Assembly: GCA_025201805.1 (NCBI GenBank)
Contig: MU619363.1
Span: 19,895-83,894 of the forward strand
Direction of reading: 5' to 3'
Origin: Parasitella parasitica NRRL 2501
Lineage: Eukaryota > Fungi > Mucoromycota
Length of the DNA: 64,000 bases
The position numbers and the translations under genes are program-made. Of the stretch, positions 61,885 to 64,000 are shown piece after piece. How positions within the stretch are numbered: position 1 is the stretch's first letter; every line of letters begins with the position of its first letter. The notes under the pieces were generated by a model. It worked only from the letters and a program-made list of their open reading frames with translations, did no database searches and was not told the DNA's origin.

Positions 61885-64000
61885 ATAATAATGTATAGCT
61901 ACACATTTATAATAAAGCAGCTTTGATATCTACATAAATGTGAGTAAACTGTTATAGCTGTTCCTAAGGGAAATCGGCTTGCTTTATGATAATTTAAGGT
62001 GTTAAATTTTCTCACTAGTACAGAAACGTCGTATTTACACTGTCTCTACTCCTAACGTTTGCTTTCATACTAGCTCAATCTGTGCTTTCAAATTATACAA
62101 ATTTCCTTTACAAAATCCAAAAGTTTGCCAAGTTTATCGCTTATCAAATAAGACCTGCTTGAGAAGTGTGGACAGGAATACTATGCACGATAATGAAGAT
62201 TTAATAGAAAAAACAATATTTCTTTATTTCTTTAGTTTAGAAGCAAAAGAACCAAATTTAGCGTTCGTCAATTAGAGCGAGCATCTACTAAAGCATCAGT
62301 GTCTTATATCCCAACTAAGCGAGTGCGAGTTCAAGAAATACCACTGACAAGCGAGCAAGCAAGCGAGTAGCCTTAAATAATTGAACCAACCAAGCAAACC
62401 TCAAGCGAGAATTTTCCTTGACTTCATTTGATGTCGCAGCTATCAAATAAAAATGTCAATGTCGCAGTAAAATCACCCCAGGAAATCTGCAAAACAGAAA
62501 ACATCTAAAGCAACAAACGAATGCTATAGTTAGGACCCAAATTCTGTAGTACCACCAAAGGAATTGGCTTTAACGAGGCCACCAGGATCCCACCCTGGAG
62601 TACATCACTAAGTCGGCATGAATTTACTGCTCCCATATTCCTGCTAGGCATCAAATGTGAGTGTTGTCGATTCTGACGAGGTCGTAATGGTTTTTACTCG
62701 CTAATGCACAGTTAAACAAATCAAAAGATGAGTAGAGGGATGATGGAAGTTCACGACAAACCTACACCCCCAGAATTCTTGCTAATGGTTGAATGAAGGG
62801 CATAGATCTTTTTGACAGAGGAACCAGAATACAAAGCACAAAGGAAACCAAAGAAGTGAAGAGTTGAAAAGATGGCATCTAATTGTTTAGAAAGCAAGCA
62901 TTATGGCAAAGCTCTAATCCTACATTTGTAGCCGAGCTTGCAGAAATTGTTATCAATACAGTACACGGACATCAAGTGTTTATGAAACATTTGAGGAAAT
63001 GGCTATTATTTTGCTAAATATAGTCGTAAATGCTAAGCAGAAACTGTACAGCCATTATCCTCCAAAAAGATCACTTATAGAAGGAGCTCTTGTGTCGTCT
63101 TGTAGCACTGTCAACAAATAAGACTTTAATCGTTAAACCAATCTATCCGACTTGGTTACAATTCCGGTATATGCCGCCCTCCATTCTTACTCAATCAACT
63201 CATCAGAGCATTCTACTGATCCAAAAACTCTTTAAAAAGCGCTCCTCTGATACCGTTATTACATCACGTTTACTGTAATCGTACTTTATCAACGAGTCGA
63301 TTTTTTATAAAATGCATACAAAAAATACGTTTTCAAATAAACTTTAATATCTGCATTTCATAAAGTTGCATACAAATATCAAAGATCTTGTAATAGAAAT
63401 TAAGGACCAAAACCGATAACAAAGTAAGCAAATTTGGAAAAAAAACTTACAGTTGCCGCCAGGATATCATGATCATCAGCGTTTGATCTACTAGGTTGAT
63501 TGAACAATCAAATAAATCTGCAACTATATCTCACTAATCGGTTCAGATGCATATGATATGTTGAGAATTATTTTGATGCTGAATAGCGGTATCAACATCT
63601 ATAGAGTTGGTTGATTTAAGAAACATTTAGTATTTGCATTTTGAACGTAAATGATAATACTGTACATGGTGATGTATTTAATTTGTACTCCGTGCAACCA
63701 TTTTCTATTTTGCAATCTCTTCCGTCTGCACTTTTTCTTCTTTCTTTCCTTCGTCATTTGAGAAACCAACAATGCTATACAATAAAGAAAAGCTAGTTAG
63801 AGGACATCGTAGAGAATCAGCATCTTTTACTCTTGTTGAATTACAAGATTTAAGAGGTCAGATTGAATAATACAAAAGAGAGTGTAACTCACATCTAAAT
63901 ACATTGTTTATTGTCATGTAGCCCACCAAAGGACATTTGAAGGTGCATATTGGAGAACTGCCTTGGCTGCCTTTTCTTCTGGGTTACTCATCTTGAAAGT

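Noticed and set aside
62000-64000. Possible retroelement remains and the 3' exon of a gene beyond the window edge
   Set aside because: Only weak, fragmentary resemblance; no diagnostic motif.

Overview
This is eukaryotic, intron-rich, AT-rich fungal DNA with four N-gaps. The short GT-AG introns, long homopolymer tracts and gene and TE families suggest Mucoromycota/Mucorales (inference). Positions ~0.6-51 kb are mostly a gene-dense core. In order it holds a Q/N-rich protein, a SERTA-like acidic protein, a B-type cyclin, SFT2, a ~1,623-aa bromodomain-pseudokinase fusion, an EI24/Lds-type membrane protein, a Baeyer-Villiger monooxygenase, a hybrid histidine kinase, a Fun30/SMARCAD1 remodeller, a WDR44-like protein, an atypical hexokinase, a divergent FET3/FTR1 iron-uptake pair, two F-box/LRR genes, an ENA-type P-type ATPase and BBP/SF1. 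Positions ~51.8-64 kb are TE-rich. They contain Harbinger, Tc1 and LINE-ORF1 relics, one intact DD34E Tc1/IS630 element with perfect 139-bp TIRs, two intronless KCTD-type BTB genes, and a decayed serine-recombinase-like gene flanked by two homologous small Cys-containing ORFs. The most notable observations are: (1) a decayed Fanzor/TnpB-type nuclease at ~2.4-3.25 kb that the ORF track misses; (2) a bromodomain-kinase fusion in which both modules lack key residues; (3) five ATCWGATAA iron-repressor (SreA-type) motifs in a gene-free gap between two convergent 3' ends; (4) the recombinase-like module. All family calls come from manual motif reading; no database searches were run.
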